From: Candidatus Methanomethylophilaceae archaeon
GTDB lineage: Archaea > Thermoplasmatota > Thermoplasmata > Methanomassiliicoccales > Methanomethylophilaceae
Direction of reading: 5' to 3'
Length of the DNA: 56,533 bases
Assembly: GCA_028702835.1 (NCBI GenBank)
Contig: JAQVOB010000001.1
Coordinates: 1 to 56,533, forward strand
Under the pieces are notes generated by a model. It was given only the letters and a program-made list of their open reading frames with translations, made no database searches and had not been told where the DNA came from. Shown piece by piece: positions 17,419-26,907 of the stretch. The translations under genes were made by a program, and so were the position numbers. Each line of letters begins with the position of its first letter. The first letter of the stretch is position 1.

Positions 17419-18636
17419 TCATCCGAACATCAGGGCCGGAACCGGTTTGACCTTGTTCCTTCCTGCCTCGAGCACCTTTATCTTGGCATCGAGGAAGTCA
17501 TTCATGGTCACAGTGTCCCTGTTGTCTCTTATAGCCAGCATCCCGGCTTCCGTGCAGATGGATTTTATCTCCGCTCCGGAGGCGCCTTCGGTGAGCTCCG
17601 CCATCTTCCTAGGCACAACCGTATCATCCAGGTTCATCTTGGATGTGTGTATCCTGAAGATCTCGGTGCGGCCATCAATGTCCGGGAGGCCTATGTCTAT
17701 TATGCGGTCGAACCTGCCGGGGCGAAGCAGAGCGTCGTCCAGTATGTCCGGGCGGTTCGTGGCGCCTATGATCTTCACCTCGCTCAGCGGGGAGAATCCG
17801 TCCAGCTCTGCCAGGAGCTGCATCAGGGTCCTCTGGACCTCACGGTCTCCCGATGTGGACACGTCAAGCCTCTTGGCCCCGACGGAATCCAGCTCGTCTA
17901 TGAATATTATGCTGGGTGCCTTCTCCTTGGCAAGCTCGAACAGCTCGCGGACAAGTCTGGCCCCCTCTCCGATGTACTTCTGCACAAGTTCGGAACCCAC
18001 GAGCCTTATGAATGACGCCTGAGTGGCATTGGCAACGGCTTTGGCCATCAGCGTCTTCCCGGTTCCCGGAGGACCTACCAGCAGAACGCCCTTCGGCGGC
18101 TCGATGCCAACCTTGGCATAGAGCTCCGGCCTGAGAAGGGGGTCTTCCACAGCTTCCCTGAGCTCCAGCATCTGCTGCTTCAGCCCGCCTATGTCATCAT
18201 AGGTTATGTCGGGCTTGTCCAGTATCTCGGCCCCGGTGACTATGGGGTCCAGAGGCGATGGCAGCACGTTCATAACGGCCAGTGTCTGCTTGTTGAGTGA
18301 TACTCTGGATCCGGGGATCAGGTTCTCTACAGGGCAGTACTCTGAAACGGAGACGATGAAATCGGGTCCGGTGGAGCTCTTGACGACCACGCGGCCGTCC
18401 GGCAAAAGGTCCCTCAGGGTCCCCACTATGAGCGGCGGGCTCTTCAGCCTCTCCATCTCCGCTCTGAGCCTTGTAAGATCCTTCTGAAGCCTGAAGAGCT
18501 CGCTCTCTGAGTAGCGTTTCTCGTTCTCGGCGTTCTGAAGGTCCTCCATGAGCCTTACGTTGCGCTCCTCCAAGAGGCTTATCTTGGATTTAAGCTCGGA
18601 GGCCAACTCTTTGTTCTGTGAGTTTTCCATCTCCAT
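17419..18636 (-). CDS. pan: Proteasome-activating nucleotidase (AAA+ ATPase)
   Basis: N-terminal coiled coil, OB region, Walker A GPPGTGKT, Walker B IIFIDELD, second region of homology. The ATG at 18636 is preceded by GAGGGAGAG and a TATA-like box at 18664-18681. Confidence 0.9.
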   Translation of the reverse strand: MEMENSQNKELASELKSKISLLEERNVRLMEDLQNAENEKRYSESELFRLQKDLTRLRAEMERLKSPPLIVGTLRDLLPDGRVVVKSSTGPDFIVSVSEYCPVENLIPGSRVSLNKQTLAVMNVLPSPLDPIVTGAEILDKPDITYDDIGGLKQQMLELREAVEDPLLRPELYAKVGIEPPKGVLLVGPPGTGKTLMAKAVANATQASFIRLVGSELVQKYIGEGARLVRELFELAKEKAPSIIFIDELDSVGAKRLDVSTSGDREVQRTLMQLLAELDGFSPLSEVKIIGATNRPDILDDALLRPGRFDRIIDIGLPDIDGRTEIFRIHTSKMNLDDTVVPRKMAELTEGASGAEIKSICTEAGMLAIRDNRDTVTMNDFLDAKIKVLEAGRNKVKPVPALMFG

Positions 18637-18769
18637 TCTCTCTCCCTCATCAATATTGCGCCTTCTTTTATTACCTTTCGTATGACTGACGGATATCATG
18701 TAGGTCGATAAAGGTCTCGGAAGGCATCTCGTCATGTTTAATTATCTATCCGTCGTTGGGATGGAACAT

Positions 18770-19261
18770 ATGATCTGTGAAATGTGCGGCAAGGACGTGC
18801 CGACGACAAAGCCCGTGTTCATAGAGAGGACCAAGCTGAACCTGTGCGGAGCCTGTGCCAGATTCGGAGATGAGCAGAGGGAGTCCAAGGGAGCGGCCCA
18901 GAAGGGCCCGAGCGCACAGGCCATAGAGGAAAGGTTGCAGTCCCGTGAAAGGAGAATGCAGACCAGGGACATCTATTCGGGGAAGGAGAGTCGGCATCTG
19001 ATAGATGAATACGGCGAAACCGTAAGGACGGCCCGTCAGAGGAAGGGACTGAGCCAGGAGGATTTCGCCGCATCCATAGGGATAAAGAAGGGGATGCTGT
19101 CCAAGATAGAGGCCAACGATCTGATCCCGGAGGACAAGCTGGTGGCAAGGATAGAGAAGGCACTGGGTATATCGCTTATGGAGGATGTGGCGTACTCCGG
19201 CGGCACTCAGGGCGGATCCTCAGGCAAGATGACCCTGCAGGATTTCATAAAGAGGGAATGA
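18770..19261 (+). CDS. mbf1: Archaeal MBF1-type HTH protein with N-terminal zinc ribbon
   Basis: CEMCGK...CGAC zinc ribbon plus an XRE-type HTH (RQRKGLSQEDFAASIGIKKGMLSKIE). A TATA-like gtttaattatc lies about 25 nt upstream of 18770. Alternative starts at 18734 and 18761. Confidence 0.75.
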   Translation: MICEMCGKDVPTTKPVFIERTKLNLCGACARFGDEQRESKGAAQKGPSAQAIEERLQSRERRMQTRDIYSGKESRHLIDEYGETVRTARQRKGLSQEDFAASIGIKKGMLSKIEANDLIPEDKLVARIEKALGISLMEDVAYSGGTQGGSSGKMTLQDFIKRE

Positions 19262-19726
19262 TCATTCTCCGGAGATCCCTGTGTAGACCCTCTCGGCTAT
19301 CTCCGAGATATCGGTCCCGTTGTCCCTGAGGACGATCAGGCCCGCAGCCTCCGGGGATATCCCCAGCTTCTTCTGCAAAGCGTTGCTGGCCGAGATAAAA
19401 TCCTTCTTCTTCATTCCGTGCTTCTCTGCGAATGCTATGATCTGGGGGAAATTCATGGAGTCCGTCTCTCGGGAGAGCGCGGCCGTCCTGATAAGGTCTG
19501 CCGGAGGTCTGTACGCCACAGGGACATCCGCATCAGCGACGTCGAAGGCCGGTCTTATTAGGTCCCCGTCCCTCTTGACCACATTGGCAGCCAATAGGGC
19601 GCTCAGCAGCTCCTTTGCATCGGAGTAGGGCATCCATCTGAAGTCCATGGAAATCCCCATAAGGAATTCCTTCTCGGTCACGACGCCCTTGCCTTTGTTC
19701 CTGAAGAACGCCGCCGCGCAGAGCAT
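19262..19726 (-). CDS. DUF2240-like archaeal protein (tentative)
   Basis: [35 protein letters not shown] resembles the DUF2240 N-terminus. A TATA-like aaagaaatatagagg at 19761-19775 lies inside the longer ORF, so I prefer the ATG at 19726 over 19804. Confidence 0.45.
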   Translation of the reverse strand: MLCAAAFFRNKGKGVVTEKEFLMGISMDFRWMPYSDAKELLSALLAANVVKRDGDLIRPAFDVADADVPVAYRPPADLIRTAALSRETDSMNFPQIIAFAEKHGMKKKDFISASNALQKKLGISPEAAGLIVLRDNGTDISEIAERVYTGISGE

Positions 19727-19862
19727 AGGTTCATCTGTCACAGGCTCTTCATGGAGCCAGCCTCTATATTTCTTTTTCACTCCTAGTCGCGGGGAAGCGG
19801 GCAATCTCCAAAACCTTTATAATCATCATCCTAATACCCAACGTTGCCCTGAAGGTGAGTCT

Positions 19863-20033
19863 ATGAAATATACAAGATTTGAGAAGGCGAGGATTATTGG
19901 TGCCAGAGCTCTCCAGATCTCATATGGCGCTCCGGTCCTAACAGAGTACCCGGAGAACATGATCGACCCCATAGACGTGGCTCTCTTGGAGTATGAAGAG
20001 GACCTTATACCGATAACCGTAGTCAGGGACTGA
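19863..20033 (+). CDS. rpoK: DNA-directed RNA polymerase subunit K (Rpo6)
   Basis: 56 aa: [24 protein letters not shown] is the conserved Rpo6 core. TATA cctttataatc and SD aggtgag lie upstream. Confidence 0.9.
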   Translation: MKYTRFEKARIIGARALQISYGAPVLTEYPENMIDPIDVALLEYEEDLIPITVVRD

Positions 20034-20047
20034 ACTGAGGATTACAC

Positions 20048-20659
20048 ATGAGTGAAGCGGAGAACAACGATTTACTGATCGCCGAGGACATCTATCTTAC
20101 GTCCGGCGTGCACATCGGCACACAGCAGAAAAGCGCCGATATGAAGGATTTCATATACAAGGTCAGACAGGACGGCCTTTACGTTCTTGACGTGAAGAAA
20201 ACCGATGAGAGGATAAGGTTCGCAGCGAACTTCCTCTCCCGTTTCGACCCCAAGAAGATCCTAGTGGTCTCTTCCAGGCAGTACGGGCAGAAGCCCGCCA
20301 GGGAGTTCTCCAAATCGATCGGCGCACCCGCTTCCGCAGGCCGTTTCGTCCCCGGGACACTCACCAATCCGATAAGCAAAGACTTCATCGAGCCGGAGGT
20401 TCTCCTGTGCACCGATCCCGCCGCTGACAAGCAGGCGCTGAAAGAGGCACTGAATGTAGGAATCCCGATCATCGCAATGTGCGATGCCAACAACGAGACC
20501 AGGAACGTCGACCTCGTGATACCCACCAACAACAAGGGAAGGGCTGCGCTGGCGTGCGTGTACTGGCTCTTGGCCAGGGAGGTCCTTGTCGCAAGGGGCG
20601 ACCTGAAGGACCCGGAAGATTTCGCCCTTACCATCGAAGATTTCGAGGCAAGGCTCTAA
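20048..20659 (+). CDS. rps2: 30S ribosomal protein S2 (uS2)
   Basis: [20 protein letters not shown] and [11 protein letters not shown], in the usual archaeal rpoK-rps2 neighbourhood. Confidence 0.9.
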   Translation: MSEAENNDLLIAEDIYLTSGVHIGTQQKSADMKDFIYKVRQDGLYVLDVKKTDERIRFAANFLSRFDPKKILVVSSRQYGQKPAREFSKSIGAPASAGRFVPGTLTNPISKDFIEPEVLLCTDPAADKQALKEALNVGIPIIAMCDANNETRNVDLVIPTNNKGRAALACVYWLLAREVLVARGDLKDPEDFALTIEDFEARL

Positions 20660-20692
20660 AACTATTTCCCCTTCAAACAACTTACTCTTTTC

Positions 20693-21508
20693 ATGAGATA
20701 TCCCGCAGTTGCAGGCAAATTCTATCCTCTTGACAGGGATGCCCTTACCGCGGAGCTCAACTGGTGCTTCTCGGGTAAGCAGGGACCGGGGCTACCGGGG
20801 ATGTCCTCTGGGAAGAGGAGCATATCCGCCATAATGGCTCCTCATGCAGGTTACAGGGCATCCGGGATGAATGCCGCTTATGCGTACAAAGCGGTGGCAG
20901 AGGACGGGCTGCCCGAGGCCTATGTCGTAATAGGCCCGGACCACCACGGCGTCCCATTCGATTATGTTATGTGCGGGGACCCATACGTCACGCCTTTGGG
21001 CGAATGCAAGATACACGAGAAGATAGCGGGCAGATTGTCAGAGCTGATTCCGAACAGCCCTAATGCCCATATGAGAGAGCATTCCGTTGAGGTCCAGGTC
21101 CCCTTCATACAATTCATAGACCCGAATGCGAAGATAGTGCCAGTCATCATGAGGAGACAGGATCCCGTTTCCGCGGAGCGTCTTGCATCCGCAATCAGGA
21201 GCGCATGCGAAGGCCATGATGTCATTGTGGTGGCATCGTCGGATCTCTCCCATTACGTTCCGAGACAGGAGGCCGCCAGGCTTGACGGGATCGTATTGGA
21301 TGACATCTTGGCATTGAACATCCGGTCCATGTATGGGCACATAAGCGATCTGCGCATATCCGCATGCGGTTACGGTCCCGTGGCAACGGCCATATCCGCT
21401 ACGAGGCCTTCGTCGGCAGAGCTCCTCAGATATTCAGATTCATGGGATTCCCTGGGATATGATCCGACGGCAGTTGTCGGATACGGCTCCGTGGCATTCA
21501 GGAAATGA
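20693..21508 (+). CDS. MEMO1 / AmmeMemoRadiSam system protein B family
   Basis: N-terminal RYPAVAGKFYP, APHAGY, GPDHHG and SSDLSHY motifs. Confidence 0.8.
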   Translation: MRYPAVAGKFYPLDRDALTAELNWCFSGKQGPGLPGMSSGKRSISAIMAPHAGYRASGMNAAYAYKAVAEDGLPEAYVVIGPDHHGVPFDYVMCGDPYVTPLGECKIHEKIAGRLSELIPNSPNAHMREHSVEVQVPFIQFIDPNAKIVPVIMRRQDPVSAERLASAIRSACEGHDVIVVASSDLSHYVPRQEAARLDGIVLDDILALNIRSMYGHISDLRISACGYGPVATAISATRPSSAELLRYSDSWDSLGYDPTAVVGYGSVAFRK

Positions 21509-21572
21509 AGTACGGCTGAACTGTGTGGCACAACAATAAATCTATTAAGCAATGCCATTCATATGCCGTATC

Positions 21573-22103
21573 ATGGAAAACGAAGCACCGCTTTTCTGCA
21601 CACAGTGCGGCGCGACGCTTAACGAGTCCGCTACCTTTTGCCAGGAATGCGGTACGCCCGTGAGCGGAACCGTCGCGAGCGGCACGCCGGCTTATCAGAA
21701 CAAAAAAGGCAATGAAAACAATAAGGGAAAACTCATCCTGGTCACGGGACTCCTCGTTGTACTGGCAGGATTTTCCCTGTATTTCGGAGCCGTAATGCTC
21801 ATGGATGCCGCGGCCATCGTCAACGAGGTCATGAATGATCCTGCCAGCGCCCAGATGATGATCGACTACGGTATAACTTCCGAGATGCTCCTGTCCTCGA
21901 TCGAGTCAGTGGGATATCTCATGATCGCAGTCGGGGTATTGGCCCTGGTCGATGCGGCCCTCACGTTCACCAAGAGGTTCTGGATCGCTGCCTTCATACT
22001 CACTATAATCCTGACTGTTCTGACATCATGGACATTGATCGGTCTGGTTTTCGGGATAATAGCGATCTATTTCCAGTACACGGCGAAAAACGAGTTCACA
22101 TAA
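21573..22103 (+). CDS. Zinc-ribbon membrane protein
   Basis: An N-terminal double CxxC motif (CTQCG...CQECG) is followed by about 4 hydrophobic helices. Alternative start at 21552. Confidence 0.6.
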   Translation: MENEAPLFCTQCGATLNESATFCQECGTPVSGTVASGTPAYQNKKGNENNKGKLILVTGLLVVLAGFSLYFGAVMLMDAAAIVNEVMNDPASAQMMIDYGITSEMLLSSIESVGYLMIAVGVLALVDAALTFTKRFWIAAFILTIILTVLTSWTLIGLVFGIIAIYFQYTAKNEFT

Positions 22104-22115
22104 AAAGGGAATATA

Positions 22116-22149
22116 TGCGGGGGGATTCCCCCGCATTTTTTGTTTTTTT
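22116..22149. terminator. Bidirectional hairpin plus oligo-T terminator candidate
   Basis: TGCGGGG(G)-ATT-(C)CCCCGCA stem-loop at 22116-22135, followed by TTTTTTGTTTTTTT on the plus strand and by an A/T-rich run with TTTTT on the minus strand. It lies between convergent genes ending at 22103 and 22154. Confidence 0.6.
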
Positions 22150-22153
22150 AGGT

Positions 22154-23038
22154 TTATATCGCTTTGAGGAATCCGACCTTGGGCTCATAGGCCAGGCCGT
22201 CATCCATCAAAGCATCGGATGCTTCTTCCACCTCTTCAGGGGTCATACCGTTCTCGGCGGCCTTCTTCAGAATGACATCCATGGACACACCCAGCTCGCC
22301 CATATCCATTGCCTCCAGAAGGCTGAGTAGGAAATCCTTGCCCTTACCAGTATCCTCTCCCAGCACTATCTCGTCCGGTGCGTCGGCGATGTCCTCGGGC
22401 AGACCCAGATCGATGTTCCTGTCAGGCAAAAGCATCCGGAGAGAATTCTGGATCAGCTTCAGGTACTTGGAGCTCTCAGGTATGCCGTAATGCTCCAGAG
22501 CACTGATTATGCCGTCCGCATCGTCCTGAGAGAAACCCTTGTTGACAAGGTCCTGCTTCCCGGCGTTCTGCACCCGCAGCGCATCCTTCATCTTCACCAG
22601 GCGGTCCCAGGTGGATTGCGCGGCTTCCAGGACCCAGAGGTTCCTGGTCCTCTCGTCGATGTTGGTTATGGTCTCCGGTCTGACGGTAACGAATACCCTG
22701 CCGTCATCTGCCGTGTAGGTGCGGACCTTTCCGACGACCGCGACATAGGACGGCGCTTCCAGATCCGCCATGGATGCGGCGGCGTTGGGTTGGAATCTTC
22801 CTACATTTATGAAGAAATTCCCGGAGACATCCTGTATCCTCCCTCTCCACATGGGCTCCTCCTCTGTGCCGGTGTTCTCCTTGTCCAGGAGCACTCCCGT
22901 GATCAGGATCCTGTTCAGTTTCGCGCCCAGAGGGGTCACCAGATAGGAAGGGGATTTCTCCTCCTCGCTTTTCATCTCCAGGCTGGAGGAGTTCAACTCT
23001 CCGGCGAACACCCTCCAGGCGGTCTCTCTTGCGTTCAT
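22154..23038 (-). CDS. RPA32-like / RPA-associated OB-fold protein with C-terminal winged helix
   Basis: A single OB-fold region (LNRILITGVLL...YVAVVGKVR) and an acidic C-terminal wH-like tail. Its start overlaps the stop of the upstream RPA gene by 4 nt. Confidence 0.6.
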   Translation of the reverse strand: MNARETAWRVFAGELNSSSLEMKSEEEKSPSYLVTPLGAKLNRILITGVLLDKENTGTEEEPMWRGRIQDVSGNFFINVGRFQPNAAASMADLEAPSYVAVVGKVRTYTADDGRVFVTVRPETITNIDERTRNLWVLEAAQSTWDRLVKMKDALRVQNAGKQDLVNKGFSQDDADGIISALEHYGIPESSKYLKLIQNSLRMLLPDRNIDLGLPEDIADAPDEIVLGEDTGKGKDFLLSLLEAMDMGELGVSMDVILKKAAENGMTPEEVEEASDALMDDGLAYEPKVGFLKAI

Positions 23039-24354
23039 AGCGCTCCCTCCACCATATCCAGCAGTTTGGTCGCCGCTTTCTCGATATCCACTTCTTCTGT
23101 CTCGGCCTCGCTGACGATCATCATCGGGCCGTACTCATCGCTCATGACGTTGCCACGCAGTACAAGTCTTTTCATCAGTATCTTCGGGGCGATCTCTCTG
23201 GCGATTATTCCGGATTCGCCTCTGGCCTTGGAAAGGCTGACAGCGTTCTCAAGGGTCACGCCCGTCAGTTTCTCGGTGAGCTCTCTGTTGAGCACTGCGC
23301 CTATGGCGCCGCTCCCGTCGTCCAGCACGATCTTCATCCTGAGATCGTGAACGGGATCTATCTTCCCGTGGTTGGTGCATTCCCCTCCCAGCACGGAGCG
23401 GTTGCACTGCGGGCATCTGAATATTAGCCCGCTCCCCCCTCTCAGGTCGACCACGAGGCCGGAGACGGTGACATCCAGGCCTCCGCCGGATTCAGCGATC
23501 TCTCTCAAGGTTTTGTTGCTGGATGTTCCCAGATCCGCATTCCCGAAGGGATCGTCAACTCTGCTGACCTCGGACCTGTCCCCTATGTTGAGCTGGGGGA
23601 TGCCCTTCCATCCGCGTATGTAAGCGTTGGTGATGAGGATTGTCTCCCCTTCTTTCAGATTGTGATTGTTCCAGGCGGAGAATTGCACCTTTCCTGTGTC
23701 GTCAGCCATCAGACCCGAGTAGACGGTCTTGTCCTCTCCTCTGACGTTGACATTCCTTTCCTCCACCGAGAGGACCCTTCCGGTCACGGACACGTTGCCC
23801 ATGCCCTCCTTCAGGTCCTTGATCTTCGATTCTACGGATGTATAGGATATGGTGCGCTCGGGCATCTCTATGGTTGCATCGCTCTTCTCCACGACACCGC
23901 GGTTGCCCATGTTGACCTGGATCCTGTCGTTCCATGTCTTTATGTAAGCGTTCTTGAAAACGTATACCAAGCCCTTCTCCAGATCGTAGCTGTCGCTCCA
24001 TATCGTGAAGGATGCAGTTCCTGTATCATCCCCGAGTATCCCGGAGACGATCGTCTTGTCCTCTCCTCTGGCATGGATCTGCTTCCTCTCCACGTATACG
24101 ATCTTGGCGGTTATGTCCACGTTGGGTTCATTGCCTGTGAGGTCCCCGATCTTCTTCGATACGGCATCCCCCGTTACGAATCCGGACTCCTCTCCGCCGA
24201 ACTTCCGCCTTATGGCGCGCTTGGCGGACTCCATATCCACGCCGTATTCGTTAACATATTTGTCAAGCTCGCTCATGAGCTCTTTCTCTGTCACTTTTTC
24301 TTCAAGCACCCTTTTCAGTTCTTCCACATGGGGTGTCAGTTCTTCCTTGTTCAT
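23035..24354 (-). CDS. rpa: Replication factor A (RPA large subunit; multiple OB folds plus zinc finger)
   Basis: Three repeated OB-fold units (V.ITAKIV..., VSVTGRVL..., VTVSGLVV...) and the Cys4-type element CPQCN...CTNHG. Confidence 0.8.
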   Translation of the reverse strand: MNKEELTPHVEELKRVLEEKVTEKELMSELDKYVNEYGVDMESAKRAIRRKFGGEESGFVTGDAVSKKIGDLTGNEPNVDITAKIVYVERKQIHARGEDKTIVSGILGDDTGTASFTIWSDSYDLEKGLVYVFKNAYIKTWNDRIQVNMGNRGVVEKSDATIEMPERTISYTSVESKIKDLKEGMGNVSVTGRVLSVEERNVNVRGEDKTVYSGLMADDTGKVQFSAWNNHNLKEGETILITNAYIRGWKGIPQLNIGDRSEVSRVDDPFGNADLGTSSNKTLREIAESGGGLDVTVSGLVVDLRGGSGLIFRCPQCNRSVLGGECTNHGKIDPVHDLRMKIVLDDGSGAIGAVLNRELTEKLTGVTLENAVSLSKARGESGIIAREIAPKILMKRLVLRGNVMSDEYGPMMIVSEAETEEVDIEKAATKLLDMVEGAL

Positions 24355-24528
24355 TCTACCGACTCTCCTTTTGCGGGGGGTCTCGGTTAGCCCCCCGTTT
24401 TCCCCATCGAAGGGTCACTTAATAAGTTCTTGCAGGGGGTCACCGAAAGCGGATCCCTGTCAAGATACAGACGCTTTGGCGGAAGCATTCAATAGGTAAC
24501 CTTTAAATGAGGAGATTAAATAGAGGAC

Positions 24529-25602
24529 ATGGTCCCTAAGAAGAAGATCGATTCGATTTTGGAAGGCTACGACAAGGACGAGATCACCATCGCGACTCTT
24601 TGTTCTCACTCGTCTCTGCAGATCTTCCACGGGGCCAGGAAGGCCGGGTTCAAGACTCTCGGCCTGACGATATCTCACGACACGAAGTATTACGATGCCT
24701 TTCCCCTTGCGAAGCCGGATGACATAATCCGCTACAAGGACTTTGACGACATGGAGGACAGGGTGGGAGAGCTTCATGACCGGAACGTGGTCATAATCCC
24801 CCACGGCTCCTTCGTCGAGTACATGGGACCCAAGAGATTCGAGGATTACGAGGTGCCGGCATACTGCAACAGGGCCGTTCTCCAGTGGGAGTCCAACAGG
24901 GACATGGAGAGGCAGTGGATAACCTCGGCAGGCGTGGCCATGCCCCGCATATTCACTGACGCAAGGGAGATATCGGAACCGGTTCTGGTGAAGTATTTCG
25001 GTGCAAAGGGCGGAAGGGGATTCTTCATCGCCAAGGACTACCCGGATTTCAAGATGTCCATCGACAATACCCAGCCGTACACCATCCAGGAATATTGCCT
25101 GGGGACCAGATACTATCTGCATTTCTTCTACTCGCCGTACAGGGAGGACGGCTACAAGGTGTCCAGGGGCGGGACTCTCGAGATGCTCTCCATTGACAGG
25201 AGGGACGAGAGCAATATAGACGAATTGTACAAACTGGGCTCGGTGGAGGAGCTGAAGAGGCACGGCCTCTACCCCTCTTTCGTTGTCACGGGTAACATGC
25301 CCGTTGTCATCAGGGAGTCCCTTTTGCCGAAGGCCTTCGAGATGGCGGAGAAGATCGTCAACCGTTCGTACGATCTCTTCGGAGGGATGTGGGGGCCATT
25401 CTGTCTGGAGACCATCGTCACGGATAAGCTGGAGTTCAAGGTCTTCGAGATCTCCACAAGGATCGTGGCAGGCACCAATCCCTTCATATCGGGCTCCCCG
25501 TATGCCGATCTGATCTATCCGGGGATGAGCACCGGAGGACGTATTGCGAAAGAAATCAGGGAGGCCGCGGAGGACGGGTCCCTCAAGGATCTCATGACCT
25601 GA
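24529..25602 (+). CDS. purP: 5-formaminoimidazole-4-carboxamide ribonucleotide synthetase
   Basis: IATLCSHSSLQIFHGARKAGF (DUF1246 part) and an ATP-grasp C-terminal half (DUF1297 part). TATA tttaaat lies about 22 nt upstream of the ATG. Confidence 0.85.
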   Translation: MVPKKKIDSILEGYDKDEITIATLCSHSSLQIFHGARKAGFKTLGLTISHDTKYYDAFPLAKPDDIIRYKDFDDMEDRVGELHDRNVVIIPHGSFVEYMGPKRFEDYEVPAYCNRAVLQWESNRDMERQWITSAGVAMPRIFTDAREISEPVLVKYFGAKGGRGFFIAKDYPDFKMSIDNTQPYTIQEYCLGTRYYLHFFYSPYREDGYKVSRGGTLEMLSIDRRDESNIDELYKLGSVEELKRHGLYPSFVVTGNMPVVIRESLLPKAFEMAEKIVNRSYDLFGGMWGPFCLETIVTDKLEFKVFEISTRIVAGTNPFISGSPYADLIYPGMSTGGRIAKEIREAAEDGSLKDLMT

Positions 25603-25666
25603 TCTCGGGTTGTAAGTCGGGTGCTCAGCAAAAAATATCTATTCAATTGTGCTAGAGGTTGAATCA

Positions 25667-26818
25667 ATGGTTTCCAAGAGGCTTCAGAATGTCCCCGCAT
25701 CGGGAACGGTAAAGATCGCGAATCTCGTCAGTCAGATGAAGGCTGATGGCGTGGACATCGTTTCGTTCTCCATGGGGGAGCCTGATTTTGCCACGCCGGA
25801 AAATATAGTGGAGTCCTGTGTGGAATCCGTCAGGGGCGGTTTCACGCATTACACTCCGTCGATGGGGATAACGCCTCTGAGGAAGGCCATCGCAGCCGAG
25901 GCCGTCAGCAAAGGGATCCCCTGCAAGGCCGCCAACGTGCTGGTGACCCCGACGAAGCAGGCGATATTCATGATCGCCCTGGCATACCTGGATCCAGGCG
26001 ACGAGGTCCTTCTGCCTGACCCGGCATGGGTATCCTATGAGGCCGTGATCCGCCTGTCCGGAGCTGAGCCCGTGTATATCAACACGAAATTCGAGGATGG
26101 TTTTGTGATCGACCCCGCAGACGTGGAGGCCGCCATAACCCCCAAGACCAAGATGCTCATCATAAACTCTCCTTCGAATCCGACGGGCTGCGTGCAGCCG
26201 GAGAATGTTCTGAGAGAGATATCCAAGATCTGCGCGGACAGAGGCGTAAGGGTCATGTCAGATGAGATCTACGAGCACATAATCTATGGAGGGAAGCACT
26301 TCCCCATGGCATCCTTCGAGGGTGCCTTTGATAACACATTCACGGTATCAGGTCTCTCGAAGACATACGCGATGACGGGATGGAGGATCGGCTGGGTCAT
26401 AGCTCCTGAAGAGGATATAAGGGCGATAAACAAGCTGCAGACCCACTCCATAACGTGCTGCACATCCTTCGTCCAAACGGCTGCGGTGGAGGCCATGAAC
26501 GGCCCTCAGGACAGTCGATGCAAGATGGTCGCAGAGTTCAAGAGACGCAGGGATCTGGCACTTGACCTGATAAACGACATCCCCGGTCTTGAGTGCTGCA
26601 AGCCCGACGGAGCCTTCTACCTCTTCCCGAAGTACGAGAAGAACATCAAATCCGCCGACCTGGCAGAGCATCTTCTGCAGAAGGGCCACGTTGCTGTAAC
26701 CCCGGGAAGGGCCTTCGGACCTGCCGGTGAAGGATTCTTCAGAGTGTCGTACGCAACGTCTGAGAGCCAGATAATCGAAGGTTTCTCCAGGATAAAGAAG
26801 AGCCTCTCCCAACTGTGA
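25667..26818 (+). CDS. Class I/II PLP-dependent aminotransferase (aspartate aminotransferase-like)
   Basis: SMGEPDFATP, NSPSNPTG and the PLP-lysine context SGLSKTYAMTGWRIGW. Confidence 0.85.
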   Translation: MVSKRLQNVPASGTVKIANLVSQMKADGVDIVSFSMGEPDFATPENIVESCVESVRGGFTHYTPSMGITPLRKAIAAEAVSKGIPCKAANVLVTPTKQAIFMIALAYLDPGDEVLLPDPAWVSYEAVIRLSGAEPVYINTKFEDGFVIDPADVEAAITPKTKMLIINSPSNPTGCVQPENVLREISKICADRGVRVMSDEIYEHIIYGGKHFPMASFEGAFDNTFTVSGLSKTYAMTGWRIGWVIAPEEDIRAINKLQTHSITCCTSFVQTAAVEAMNGPQDSRCKMVAEFKRRRDLALDLINDIPGLECCKPDGAFYLFPKYEKNIKSADLAEHLLQKGHVAVTPGRAFGPAGEGFFRVSYATSESQIIEGFSRIKKSLSQL

Positions 26819-26819
26819 G

Positions 26820-26852
26820 GCGCGTGCACGCATGCACGCAAATATTATATCC
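26820..26852 (+). promoter_or_regulatory. Alternating purine-pyrimidine tract with tandem TGCACGCA repeat, abutting a TATA box
   Basis: 26820-26840, GCGCGTGCACGCATGCACGCA, is 21 nt of strict R-Y alternation containing TGCACGCA twice in tandem (26825-26840). It is directly followed by AAATATTATAT (26840-26850), and the TTG start lies at 26908. Confidence 0.45.
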
Positions 26853-26907
26853 GCCCGTCCGATAGAGGAGGAGTCCCTGTAAAAGGGCATCCCCCGAGGA
26901 GATTAGT

